From Candidatus Nanopelagicales bacterium (GTDB lineage Bacteria > Actinomycetota > Actinomycetes > S36-B12 > CAIYMF01): DNA of 64,000 bases. The stretch is taken from the NCBI GenBank assembly GCA_025456065.1, contig JALOLH010000001.1, forward strand, positions 5,501-69,500, written 5' to 3'. The position numbers and the translations under genes are program-made. The notes below the pieces were generated by a model. It saw only the letters and a program-made list of their open reading frames with translations, was not told where the DNA came from and did no database searches. Every line of letters begins with the position of its first letter. The first letter of the stretch is position 1. Below are positions 27,836 through 36,071 of the stretch, one piece after another.

Positions 27836-28554
27836 GCCCGCGGGTCGTCCCCGGTGGCGTCACGGGGACCTGGGAGGTGTCGACCCCCGGCGGGCCGGCC
27901 CGCGTGCACCTGCGGGCGGCCCCGCACGGGCAGCCGCGGGCGACGCTGGTCCTCGGGCACGGTGCCGGCGGCGGTGTGCAGGCCCAGGACCTGGTCGCCA
28001 TCGCCGACGCCCTGCCCGCCGATGGCATCGAGGTGGCCCTGGTCGAGCAGCCCTGGCGGGTCGCCGGGCGCAGGGTGGCCGGGGCGCCCGCCACCCTCGA
28101 CGCCGCATGGGTGGCGGTGCTGGCCGACCTGCGCTCGCGCGGCATCGGCCGACGGCGCCTGGTCGTGGGCGGGCGCAGCGCCGGGGCCCGGGTGGCCTGC
28201 AGGACCGTGGGGACGGTGGGACCCGACGCCCTGCTGCTGCTCGCGTTCCCGGTGCGCGCCCTGCGCCCGCCGGTGGGCCGCCCGGCCGAGACACGGCTGC
28301 CCGAGCTGCTCGACGCGGCCCGGCTGGTGCCGACCGTCGTGGTGCAGGGCGAGCGGGATCGCATGGGCGCCCCGGACGAGGTTGCGGTGGCGCTGAGCGA
28401 GGCGGCCGTGACCGCCCGGGTCGTGCCGATCCCGGCCGCCGACCACGCGTTCCGGGTCCCCGCGAGGGCGCCGTTGTCCCAGGCGGACGCGCTCGACGTC
28501 GTCGTGCGGGCCGCCCGGGCGACCGCCCTGCGGATCATCAGCGGCCAGTACTGA
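27832..28554 (+). CDS. Alpha/beta hydrolase (dienelactone-hydrolase/KANL3-like), translationally coupled to SRAP
   Basis: LVLGHGAGGG, nucleophile elbow GGRSAGARVA (G-x-S-x-G) and C-terminal PAADHAF. GTG at 27832 overlaps the SRAP stop (GTGA). Confidence 0.7.
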   Translation: MSPRVVPGGVTGTWEVSTPGGPARVHLRAAPHGQPRATLVLGHGAGGGVQAQDLVAIADALPADGIEVALVEQPWRVAGRRVAGAPATLDAAWVAVLADLRSRGIGRRRLVVGGRSAGARVACRTVGTVGPDALLLLAFPVRALRPPVGRPAETRLPELLDAARLVPTVVVQGERDRMGAPDEVAVALSEAAVTARVVPIPAADHAFRVPARAPLSQADALDVVVRAARATALRIISGQY

Positions 28555-28588
28555 CCGGCGGCGTGACAGGGCCCGCGGCGCGTGGCCG

Positions 28589-28614
28589 GGAATGCCGGCG
28601 CCCCGGCGGGCGTT
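28589..28614 (+). promoter_or_regulatory. SigH/SigR-type ECF promoter (autoregulatory)
   Basis: GGAAT (28589-28593), exactly 18 nt, then GTT (28612-28614). This matches the published SigR/SigH consensus GGAAT-N18-GTT and sits directly upstream of the sigH gene. Confidence 0.6.
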
Positions 28615-28653
28615 GGGATGAGGTCCAACGCTGTCGACGCCGGGGAGGCGCGC

Positions 28654-29478
28654 GTGCTGCTGCAGGTCGACCTCGAGCCGCTCGCCGCGGCCGCCCACGA
28701 CATCCGGGTACCCTCTGGTCCCATGTCCGCCAGCCCGCCGGTGCCCGAGCCGGCCGCGACGGATGGGGCCGACGGGCCGGACGTCGATGGTCCCCCGGGC
28801 GCCGGCCGTGGCACCGGCACGGGCGCGGGGGCCGGCAAGGTCGCCGGGGAGGCCGAGCAGACCGACGCCGGGGAGGTCGACGCCGAGGAGTCCGAGGCCG
28901 AGCGGATCGCCCGCTTCGAGCGGGACGCCCTGCCGCACCTCGACGCCCTCTACAGCGCGGCGCTCAAGCTGACCCGCAGCCCGGCCGAGGCCGAGGACCT
29001 GGTCCAGGAGACCTTCCTCAAGGCGTTCTCGTCGTTCCACCAGTACACCCACGGCACCAACCTGCGTGCCTGGCTGCACCGGATCCTCACCAACACCTTC
29101 ATCAACGCCTACCGCAAGCGGCAGCGCGAGCCGCAGCAGGCGAACACCGACGACGTCGAGGACTGGCAGATGGCCCGGGCGGAGGGCCACACGTCCGGCG
29201 GCCTGCGCTCGGCCGAGGCCGAGGCACTCGACCGGCTGCCGGACGGCGACGTCATCGACGCCCTGGCCGCGCTCCCCGAGGAGTTCCGGATGGCCGTCTA
29301 CTACGCCGATGTGGAGGGCTTCGCGTACAAGGAGATCGCCGAGATCATGGGCACGCCCGTGGGGACGGTGATGTCGCGGCTGCACCGGGGCCGCAAGCAG
29401 CTGCGCGCCCTGCTGGCCGACTACGCCGCCGAGCGGGGGCTGATCCCCGCGGCGGGAACCCCGGGGGAGCCGTCATGA
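28654..29478 (+). CDS. sigH: ECF sigma factor SigH/SigR (thiol-oxidative and heat stress); alternative shorter start at ATG 28723
   Basis: Region 2 [13 protein letters not shown] and [16 protein letters not shown]; region 4 [37 protein letters not shown]. Close by eye to M. tuberculosis SigH. GTG 28654 has the SD GGGGAGG at 5-nt spacing; ATG 28723 has none. Confidence 0.85.
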   Translation: MLLQVDLEPLAAAAHDIRVPSGPMSASPPVPEPAATDGADGPDVDGPPGAGRGTGTGAGAGKVAGEAEQTDAGEVDAEESEAERIARFERDALPHLDALYSAALKLTRSPAEAEDLVQETFLKAFSSFHQYTHGTNLRAWLHRILTNTFINAYRKRQREPQQANTDDVEDWQMARAEGHTSGGLRSAEAEALDRLPDGDVIDALAALPEEFRMAVYYADVEGFAYKEIAEIMGTPVGTVMSRLHRGRKQLRALLADYAAERGLIPAAGTPGEPS

Positions 29479-29756
29479 GCTGCGGGAGGCCCCACGCGCT
29501 GGACTGTCGCGAGGCGCTGGCCCACCTCTACGAGTACCTCGACGGTGAGGTCGCGCCGGACGACCATGCGCGCATCGCCGAGCACCTCGACGAGTGCGGG
29601 CCGTGCTTGCAGGAGTTCGACGTCGAGCGCATCGTGAAGGCGCTGGTCGCCCGCACCTGCTGCCAGGTGGCACCGAGCGAGCTGCGCGCGAAGGTGCTGG
29701 CCCAGATCGTCACGGTGCGCGTCTCGGGGACGGTCTCGCCGCCGTCCGCCCCGTAG
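29475..29756 (+). CDS. rshA: Zinc-associated anti-sigma factor RshA/RsrA
   Basis: ZAS motif HLDECGPC (HxxxCxxC) plus an upstream Cys (LDCREAL). ATG at 29475 overlaps the sigH stop (ATGA). Confidence 0.9.
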   Translation: MSCGRPHALDCREALAHLYEYLDGEVAPDDHARIAEHLDECGPCLQEFDVERIVKALVARTCCQVAPSELRAKVLAQIVTVRVSGTVSPPSAP

Positions 29757-29799
29757 CCCCCACCGGGTCGGACACCCCATCCCAGCGGCGCTGCCCGGC

Positions 29800-30342
29800 A
29801 TGATGGCGCCCATGGCGCACCTCGCGACCCACCTGACCGTCCCGGACGCACGGCCGGCCGTCGTCACCGACGCCTGCGCGCTGCTCGACCAGGAGGTGGG
29901 CCGCGCCTCCGGCGTGTCGGGCTTGGCCGTCCGGTCGGCCTATCGCGTGCTCGCGGGGGTGCGCCCGGGGATGGTGGCCTCGGCCGTGGACCGGCTGCTC
30001 GACCCGTTCGCCGACCGGCTCGATCCCTTCTACCAGGAGCACCTGGCCACGGGCGTGCCGCTCGCCGACGTGCTCTCGGCCCAGCGGGCGGGCATGGCCG
30101 ACGCGCTGCTCGCCATCACCGACGACCGGGCCCAGCGCACCGGCAACCGGACGCTGCGGGCGGCCTACCGGCGGGTGCGCGGCACGGCCAAGCAGTACGT
30201 CGGGGCTGCTGCGCCCGGCATCGCCGGGCTCATCGAGGCCCACGCCCCGGTCGTGGAGGGCCGGACGGCCGGGGACCAGGGCGCCGGGGCGGGCTCCCCG
30301 CGCCCGGGCACCGGCCAGGACGCTCAGCCGGCGGCGTCGTAG
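29800..30342 (+). CDS. Hypothetical protein (conserved-looking, helical), downstream of rshA
   Basis: 180-aa GC3-rich ORF with no motif I can name and a low-complexity Gly/Ala/Gln tail. Confidence 0.5.
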   Translation: MMAPMAHLATHLTVPDARPAVVTDACALLDQEVGRASGVSGLAVRSAYRVLAGVRPGMVASAVDRLLDPFADRLDPFYQEHLATGVPLADVLSAQRAGMADALLAITDDRAQRTGNRTLRAAYRRVRGTAKQYVGAAAPGIAGLIEAHAPVVEGRTAGDQGAGAGSPRPGTGQDAQPAAS

Positions 30343-30734
30343 GCGGCGGCGAGCCATCCGGCGACCTCGTCGTCGAGCTCGGCCGGGTCACGCACCTCGA
30401 GGTGGTGCATCCAGCGCCCCGGGTACGGCTCGACGACCTGCTTCCACCGCGGGCTGCGCACGTGGGCACGCAGGCCGATCGACAGCACCACCGGGGCGGC
30501 GCGCCCGCCCAGCAGCTCGGGCGGGCGCCACAGCCAGGCGAAGCCGATGCGCCGTCGGAACGCCACCTGCGAGGCGGTCTGCCGGACCGTCGCCGGGCCG
30601 AGGCCAGCCAGCACCCCGCACGTCCAGCCGAAGGTCGCCGCCGCCACGGGGGCCCCGGCGAAGAAGGCGCGGATCGCAGGCATCGCGGCCGGATCGTCCA
30701 GGGCCCACTCGAGCCCGGGCACGCGATCGGTCAC
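30324..30734 (-). CDS. Hypothetical protein
   Basis: 136-aa GC3-rich ORF. SD GGAGGAG is upstream of the ATG at 30734. It converges on, and overlaps by 19 nt, the preceding gene. Confidence 0.5.
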   Translation of the reverse strand: MTDRVPGLEWALDDPAAMPAIRAFFAGAPVAAATFGWTCGVLAGLGPATVRQTASQVAFRRRIGFAWLWRPPELLGGRAAPVVLSIGLRAHVRSPRWKQVVEPYPGRWMHHLEVRDPAELDDEVAGWLAAAYDAAG

Positions 30735-30851
30735 GCGTCACTCCTCCGGCACGCGCCGGCTGCGCGTCCAGCCCCGGCCGTGCCCGGGCATGACGAGGCC
30801 CCGGTGGCGACCCCATGGGCAGGCCGGCCGGTCCGGGGCCTGCGACGCGGT

Positions 30852-30926
30852 TCAGGCGTTGGGGCGGCGGCCGTGGTTGGCCCCCTTGCCCTTGCGGGCG
30901 CGGCGCTTGCGGGCGCGCTTGCTCAT
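30852..30926 (-). CDS. 24-aa ribosomal protein bL37-like micro-gene
   Basis: MSKRARKRRARKGKGANHGRRPNA matches my recollection of the actinobacterial bL37 peptide (MSKRGRK...ANHGKRPN). Strong SD GGAGGG is 6 nt upstream of the ATG. It is too short to appear in the ORF track on its own. Confidence 0.7.
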   Translation of the reverse strand: MSKRARKRRARKGKGANHGRRPNA

Positions 30927-31216
30927 GGCGGTTCCCTCCGGTCGTGGATCGGCGGCCATGGTCCCACATGGCGCAGACCACCCGGAAATCGCGACCGGCC
31001 GGCTCCGGGGGCGCCACTGGCCGTGCCCGCAGTGCCCGTGGCCGCCGTGGGGCAGGGCCGCGGGGAGGGACGCAGGACGGGGTGCGGGGCCGACGCGGAC
31101 CGTCGCCCAACCGGCCCATCGCGTCGGCCGCATCCGTGCGAGGGCTCAAGGCGGTCCGCCCCGGTGTCGAAGCAGGCGTCGTGAGCCTCTCCTCGGTGGG
31201 TTCGGTCCCGTTCGGG

Positions 31217-32323
31217 ATGCCGGAGCGGTCGTCGCGCGCGACGACCGTCCGCTCCGTCGAGCCGTACCTGCGCGCCCTGGTGGAGTCCGGCGGGTCCGAC
31301 CTGCACATCAAGGTCGGGTCGCCGCCCCGCGTGCGCATCGACGGCCGGCTGCGCAAGCTGCAGGCCCCGGAGATCACGCCGGAGGACACCGAGCACATGG
31401 TCCGGCAGGTGCTGCGCTCGGACCTCGTCGACCACTTCGAGCGCACCTGCGAGGCTGACTTCGCGTACGCGATCGAGGGCCTCGGGCGGTTCCGGGTGAA
31501 CGCGTTCCGGCAACGGGCCTCGGCCGGCCTGGTGTTCCGGCGGGTCGCCATCGGCGCCGAGCCGCTCGAGCGCCTCGGCCTGCCGGCGGTGGTGGCCGCG
31601 CTGGCCACCGAGCCGCGCGGGCTGGTGCTGGTGACCGGCCCCACCGGCTCCGGCAAGTCCACGACGCTGGCCGGGATGGTCGACCACGTGAACAGCCACC
31701 GCGAGGTCAACATCGTCACCATCGAGGACCCGATCGAGATCATCCACTTCGACAAGCTGGGCATGATCAGCCAGCGCGAGGTGCACGTGGACACCGACAC
31801 CTTCGCGACGGCCATGCGGGCCGCCATGCGGCAGGACCCGGACGTGATCATGGTGGGCGAGATGCGCGACATCGAGACCGTGAAGGCGGCGATCACCGCG
31901 GCCGAGACCGGCCACCTGGTCATGTCCACGCTGCACACCGTGGACGCACAGGAGACGGTCTCGCGGATCATCGACTTCTTCCCCCCGCACGAGCAGATGC
32001 AGGTGCGCCTGTCGCTGGCCGGTGCGCTGCGCGGGATCCTCTGCCAGCGGCTCGTGCCACGGGCCGACGGCCGCGGCCGGGCCGTGGTGATGGAGGTGTG
32101 CGTCAACACCGGCCGGGTGGCCGACGCGGTCGCCGACCCGTCGAAGACCTCGATGCTGGCGACCCTCGTGGCCGAGGGCGGGTACTACGGCATGCAGACC
32201 TTCGACCAGCACCTGACCGCGCTCTACCGCGACGGGATCGTCAGCCTGGACGCCGCCCTGGCCGCCTCGAGCAACCCGCACGACCTGATGGTCGAGCTGC
32301 GCCGGCTCGGCCTGGTCTCCTGA
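31217..32323 (+). CDS. pilT: PilT-family type IV pilus retraction ATPase (orphan); frame open upstream to ATG 30968
   Basis: Walker A GPTGSGKST, Asp box IVTIEDPIE, Walker B DVIMVGEMRD, His box TGHLVMSTLHT. The N-terminal GGSDLHIKVGSPPRVRIDG aligns with the P. aeruginosa PilT N-terminus. Confidence 0.85.
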   Translation: MPERSSRATTVRSVEPYLRALVESGGSDLHIKVGSPPRVRIDGRLRKLQAPEITPEDTEHMVRQVLRSDLVDHFERTCEADFAYAIEGLGRFRVNAFRQRASAGLVFRRVAIGAEPLERLGLPAVVAALATEPRGLVLVTGPTGSGKSTTLAGMVDHVNSHREVNIVTIEDPIEIIHFDKLGMISQREVHVDTDTFATAMRAAMRQDPDVIMVGEMRDIETVKAAITAAETGHLVMSTLHTVDAQETVSRIIDFFPPHEQMQVRLSLAGALRGILCQRLVPRADGRGRAVVMEVCVNTGRVADAVADPSKTSMLATLVAEGGYYGMQTFDQHLTALYRDGIVSLDAALAASSNPHDLMVELRRLGLVS

Positions 32324-32354
32324 CCGGCGGGTCCTCGGGCCGTACCCTCCCCAC

Positions 32355-32768
32355 GTGACCACCATGCGCTTCCCCGTGACCGATGCCGACACCGCGATCG
32401 CCCTGGGCAGCGGTGACGTGCCCGTGCTGGCGACCCCCCGACTGGTCGCGTGGATGGAGGCGGCCACGGTCGCCGCCGCCGCGAGCCGGCTGGACCCGAG
32501 CAGCACCAGCGTCGGGATCGAGGTCGCCATGCGGCACCGACGGGCGTCGGCGGTCGGCGCCCTGGTCGAGGTCGAGGTGACCGAGGTGGCCGAGCAGGAC
32601 CGTGGGCTGGCGTTCGCGGTGGTGGCCCGGGAGGTGGCGGTCGGGGCCGGCGATGCCGACGGCGGCGACGGTGCGGACCTGAGCGCCGGGCCGGTCGGGC
32701 CGGTCATCGCCACCGCACGCGTGGTGCGTGCGGTCGTCGACCGGGCCGCCTTCCTCGCTCGCCTCTGA
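32355..32768 (+). CDS. Hotdog-fold thioesterase (fluoroacetyl-CoA-thioesterase-like)
   Basis: 137-aa ORF with FPVTDADTAIALGSGDVPVLATPRLVAWMEAA, typical of this small hotdog family. GTG start lies 32 nt after the pilT stop. Confidence 0.55.
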   Translation: MTTMRFPVTDADTAIALGSGDVPVLATPRLVAWMEAATVAAAASRLDPSSTSVGIEVAMRHRRASAVGALVEVEVTEVAEQDRGLAFAVVAREVAVGAGDADGGDGADLSAGPVGPVIATARVVRAVVDRAAFLARL

Positions 32769-32779
32769 CCCGCTCGGCG

Positions 32780-32801
32780 CACGACGTGGGCGCCCATGTC
32801 G
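32780..32801 (+). terminator. Short GC hairpin after the thioesterase gene
   Basis: acgacgtgggc / gcccatgtcgt gives a stem of about 9 bp including one G-U pair, 12 nt after the stop codon. No U-tract. Confidence 0.3.
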
Positions 32802-32861
32802 TCATCGCCGGGAGCCCCCGAGCGTGGCTAGCATGGAGCGACCCCACCGGTGAGGACTCCC

Positions 32862-33911
32862 ATGCCCGAGACCCGCGGCGCGCTGATGGCCGCCGAGATC
32901 GCCGAGCAGCCCGAGGCGCTGGCCCGGCTGCTCGCCCCGGAGCAGCTGGCCCACGTGCGGGCCGTGGCCGAGGCGATCCGCGCACGCAGCCCGCGCTTCG
33001 TCCTGCTCGCGGCGCGGGGCACGTCCGACCACGCCGCCCTCTACGCCAAGTACCTCGTCGAGGTGTCGCTGGGCCTGCCGGCCGGGCTGGCCTCCCCCTC
33101 GACCATGACCGCGTACGGGGCCCGGCCCGACCTGTCCGACGTGCTCCTGCTCACCGTCAGCCAGAGCGGCGGGTCACCGGACCTCGTCGAGACGGTCCGC
33201 ACCGCGCGCAGCGGGGGCGCCCTCACGGTGGCCGTGACGAACAACGCCGCCAGTGACCTCGCCGGGGAGTCCGAGCTGCACGTCGACGTGCTCGCCGGCC
33301 CCGAGCAGGCGGTGGCGGCGACGAAGTCCTACTCCTCGCAGCTGCTCGCGCTGTGGCTGGTGGTCGAGCTGTTCCGGGGCGGTGACGCCAGTGCCGCCGC
33401 GGCGCTGCCGGAGGCCGCGCAGGTGCTCGTCGAGCGCCGGGCCGAGGTGGCCCAGCTCGCCGCCCGCTACCGGTTCACCGACCGGCTGGTCACCACCGGG
33501 CGCGGGTACTCCTACCCGACCGCGCGCGAGGCCGCGCTCAAGCTGATGGAGACCTCGTACGTCGCGGCGCACGCCTTCTCCGGCGCCGACCTGCTGCACG
33601 GGCCGCTGGCGATGATCGACCACGACCACCCCGTCATCGCGATCGTCCCCGACGGGATGGGCGCCGATGCCATGAAGCCCGTGCTCGAGCGGCTGGCCGA
33701 GCGCGGTGCGGACGTCGCGGTGTTCGGCGGGGCCGCGTCGGTCGGCCAGGGGGTCGTCCGCTTCGACCTGGGCGCCCCCGACGTGATCGAGGAGCTGCAC
33801 CCGGTCATCGACATCATCCCGTTGCAGCACCTGGCCCTGGAGATGACGCTGGCCCGCGGGTTCAACCCCGACGCCCCACGCGGCCTGAGCAAGGTCACCC
33901 GCACCCGCTGA
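32862..33911 (+). CDS. SIS-domain sugar-phosphate isomerase/deaminase (GlmS C-terminal-like, AgaS/NagB-II type)
   Basis: Two SIS repeats: LLAARGTSDHAALYAKY, LLLTVSQSGGSPD and VTNNAASDLA. ATG 32862 is preceded by GAGGA. Confidence 0.8.
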   Translation: MPETRGALMAAEIAEQPEALARLLAPEQLAHVRAVAEAIRARSPRFVLLAARGTSDHAALYAKYLVEVSLGLPAGLASPSTMTAYGARPDLSDVLLLTVSQSGGSPDLVETVRTARSGGALTVAVTNNAASDLAGESELHVDVLAGPEQAVAATKSYSSQLLALWLVVELFRGGDASAAAALPEAAQVLVERRAEVAQLAARYRFTDRLVTTGRGYSYPTAREAALKLMETSYVAAHAFSGADLLHGPLAMIDHDHPVIAIVPDGMGADAMKPVLERLAERGADVAVFGGAASVGQGVVRFDLGAPDVIEELHPVIDIIPLQHLALEMTLARGFNPDAPRGLSKVTRTR

Positions 33912-33920
33912 GGCGGCCGC

Positions 33921-33947
33921 GGGGGCAGGGGTCCGGGCGGGGCGGGG
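33921..33947 (+). other. Canonical G-quadruplex motif in the pdtaS 5' leader
   Basis: GGGGG-ca-GGGG-tcc-GGG-c-GGGG-c-GGGG (G3+ runs with 1-3-nt loops), immediately upstream of the SD-like GAGGAGGG and ATG 33961. Confidence 0.4.
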
Positions 33948-33960
33948 AAGAGGAGGGCGG

Positions 33961-35415
33961 ATGTCGGTGCGCACGCTGGCCGAGATCGCGGCCGACCGCA
34001 CCGACCTCGACGGCAGCGCCGTCGGCCACTGCGAGGCGCTGCTGCGCGACCTGGGCCTGCTGGCCGACCTCGCGTTCAGCGACCTGATCCTCTGGCTGCC
34101 GGTGTGGAACTCCGGCGGGTACGTGGCCGCCGCCCAGGTGCGTCCCTCGACCGCGGCCACCCGGTACCCCAGCGACCTGGTGGGCACCTTCACCCCGCGG
34201 GGGCGCCGGCCGGAGCTGGACCGCGCCTGGGCCGCGCCCGGGCTGGGCCAGCTCGCACCGCGCACCGACCCGCTGCTGCCGGCGGCCGGCGAGGCGATCG
34301 GGGTGGGCCGCGGGCCCAGTGGTCCGTGGATCGCGGCGCTGACCCGGTCCGCGGTGCCCGCCACCCGCGCCTCGGGCACGCTCGAGCGGGCGTACCTGCA
34401 GGCCGCGGACGACCTGTTCACGATGATCCGGGCCGGGGACTTCCCCTACGGCGAGGCGGGCGGTTCCACGGGGGCGGAGCCACGCGTGGGCGACGGCCTG
34501 ATCCGGCTGGATCAGGGCGGCGCCGTCGTGTTCGCCAGCCCCAACGCCTCCTCCGCCTATCGCCGCCTGGGCCTGGCCACCGACCTGGTGGGGTCGCACC
34601 TGGGCCTGGTGAGCGGGCGCATCGCCCGGCGCGGCGGCAGCGTGGACGCGAGCGTGGCCCTGGTCTGCGGCGGGCGGATCCCCGGCGAGGTCGAGCTGTC
34701 CAGCGACACCGCCACCGTCACCGTCCGGTCCCTGCCCCTGCGGGCGAGCGGGCGGGGCCGGGGCAGCATCGTGCTGGTCCGCGACGTCACGGAGCTGCGC
34801 CGGCGGGAACGCGCGCTGCTGAGCAAGGACGCGACGATCCGGGAGATCCACCACCGGGTCAAGAACAACCTGCAGACGGTGGCGGCCCTGCTGCGCCTGC
34901 AGGCCCGCCGGCTCGGGGACGCCGGCGCGGCGGCGGCGCTGGCCGAGGCCGAGCGCCGTGTCGGGGCCATCGCGGTGGTGCACGACCTGCTCGCCCAGAC
35001 CAGCGCCGAGGAGGTGCCGTTCGACGACGTGGCCGACCGGCTCATCGCGATGGTCCGCCAGACCGCCGCCCCCGAGATGGGGCAGCGCAGCATCGTGCGG
35101 CGCGGGACCTTCGGGACGGTGAGCGCCGACCGGGCCGCCGCGCTGTCGATGGCCCTGGTCGAGCTGCTGGCGAACGCCGTCGAGCACGGGGCGGGTGACG
35201 TCGAGCTCGACAGCGGTGGGGCGGCGGAGGGCCGCTGGGTGACCGTGAGCGACGAGGGCCCGGGGTTCCCCTCGGGGTTCCGCCTCGCCGAGTCGCCGCG
35301 GCTGGGCCTGCGGATCGTCGAGACGCTGGTGACCGAGGAGCTGCGCGGCCGGCTGGCCATGGGCCGGTCGGACGGCCGCACGCAGGTGCGCCTGGACCTG
35401 CCCGCCGACGGGTGA
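33961..35415 (+). CDS. pdtaS: Cytoplasmic GAF-PAS sensor histidine kinase PdtaS
   Basis: HisKA_2-type H-box IREIHHRVKNNLQTVAALLRLQ, HATPase ELLANAVEHG and VSDEGPGFP, no TM segments. Adjacent to whiB1, as in M. tuberculosis (Rv3220c/Rv3219). Confidence 0.8.
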   Translation: MSVRTLAEIAADRTDLDGSAVGHCEALLRDLGLLADLAFSDLILWLPVWNSGGYVAAAQVRPSTAATRYPSDLVGTFTPRGRRPELDRAWAAPGLGQLAPRTDPLLPAAGEAIGVGRGPSGPWIAALTRSAVPATRASGTLERAYLQAADDLFTMIRAGDFPYGEAGGSTGAEPRVGDGLIRLDQGGAVVFASPNASSAYRRLGLATDLVGSHLGLVSGRIARRGGSVDASVALVCGGRIPGEVELSSDTATVTVRSLPLRASGRGRGSIVLVRDVTELRRRERALLSKDATIREIHHRVKNNLQTVAALLRLQARRLGDAGAAAALAEAERRVGAIAVVHDLLAQTSAEEVPFDDVADRLIAMVRQTAAPEMGQRSIVRRGTFGTVSADRAAALSMALVELLANAVEHGAGDVELDSGGAAEGRWVTVSDEGPGFPSGFRLAESPRLGLRIVETLVTEELRGRLAMGRSDGRTQVRLDLPADG

Positions 35416-35483
35416 CCCCTGCCGCCTGGGTCCCCCACCGGGGGTGCCCGACGTGTGGGACGGGTCGCCCGGGGGTCCGAACG

Positions 35484-35521
35484 CCGACGATCCGCGCCCC
35501 ACGCGGGGCGCGGATCGTCGG
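35484..35521. terminator. Bidirectional GC hairpin between convergent pdtaS and whiB1
   Basis: Perfect 17-bp stem ccgacgatccgcgcccc / ggggcgcggatcgtcgg with the 4-nt loop acgc. Confidence 0.6.
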
Positions 35522-35540
35522 GGATCCTGCTCGGCGCTGC

Positions 35541-35792
35541 CTAGTGCGCGCGGGCGCGGGCCCGGGCGTTGCGCCGCTTGAGCGCCCGACGCTCGTCCTC
35601 GCTCATGCCGCCCCAGACACCGGCGTCCTGGCCGGTCTCGATGGCCCACTTCAGGCACATGTCGATGACCTCGCAGCGGTGGCACACCGCGCGGGCCTCC
35701 TCGATCTGCAGCAGCGCAGGGCCGGTGTTGCCGATGGGGAAGAACAGCTCCGGGTCCTCATCACGGCACGCCGCCTTGTGGCGCCAGTCCAT
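35541..35792 (-). CDS. whiB1: WhiB-family [4Fe-4S] transcription factor, WhiB1-like
   Basis: MDWRHKAACRDEDPELFFP...CHRCEVIDMC...GVWGGMSEDERRALKRRNAR is nearly colinear with M. tuberculosis WhiB1. It has four Cys, the GVWGG turn and a basic tail. Confidence 0.9.
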   Translation of the reverse strand: MDWRHKAACRDEDPELFFPIGNTGPALLQIEEARAVCHRCEVIDMCLKWAIETGQDAGVWGGMSEDERRALKRRNARARARAH

Positions 35793-36000
35793 CCGATCCT
35801 CAACTCCCTCGCACCTGTGGGTGCTCGACGCTCGTTCCGACGGCCTTCGCGGCTACCCGGCGGGGTACCACGGCCCACGAGGCTGCCGGTACGCTCGACG
35901 AGGAGCCGGGAGTGCGCCCCGGGCCTCTTGAATGCTCTCAAGGGTCGCAGACGAACCGCCCTGTCACAAGCGTTTTCCCCGCCCTTCCCGGGGCCCACAC

Positions 36001-36016
36001 TGTCGCGTGCGTCACA
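36001..36016. promoter_or_regulatory. Candidate CRP/GlxR-type site upstream of whiB1
   Basis: TGTCG-cgtgcg-TCACA versus the consensus TGTGA-N6-TCACA (one perfect half-site), about 210 nt upstream of the whiB1 ATG. CRP control of whiB1 is established in M. tuberculosis. Confidence 0.3.
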
Positions 36017-36071
36017 TTCCCGCGACCGTCTGGGCGGTTTCGCCCACGGGGCCCGTTCCGCGTCGGGGAGG

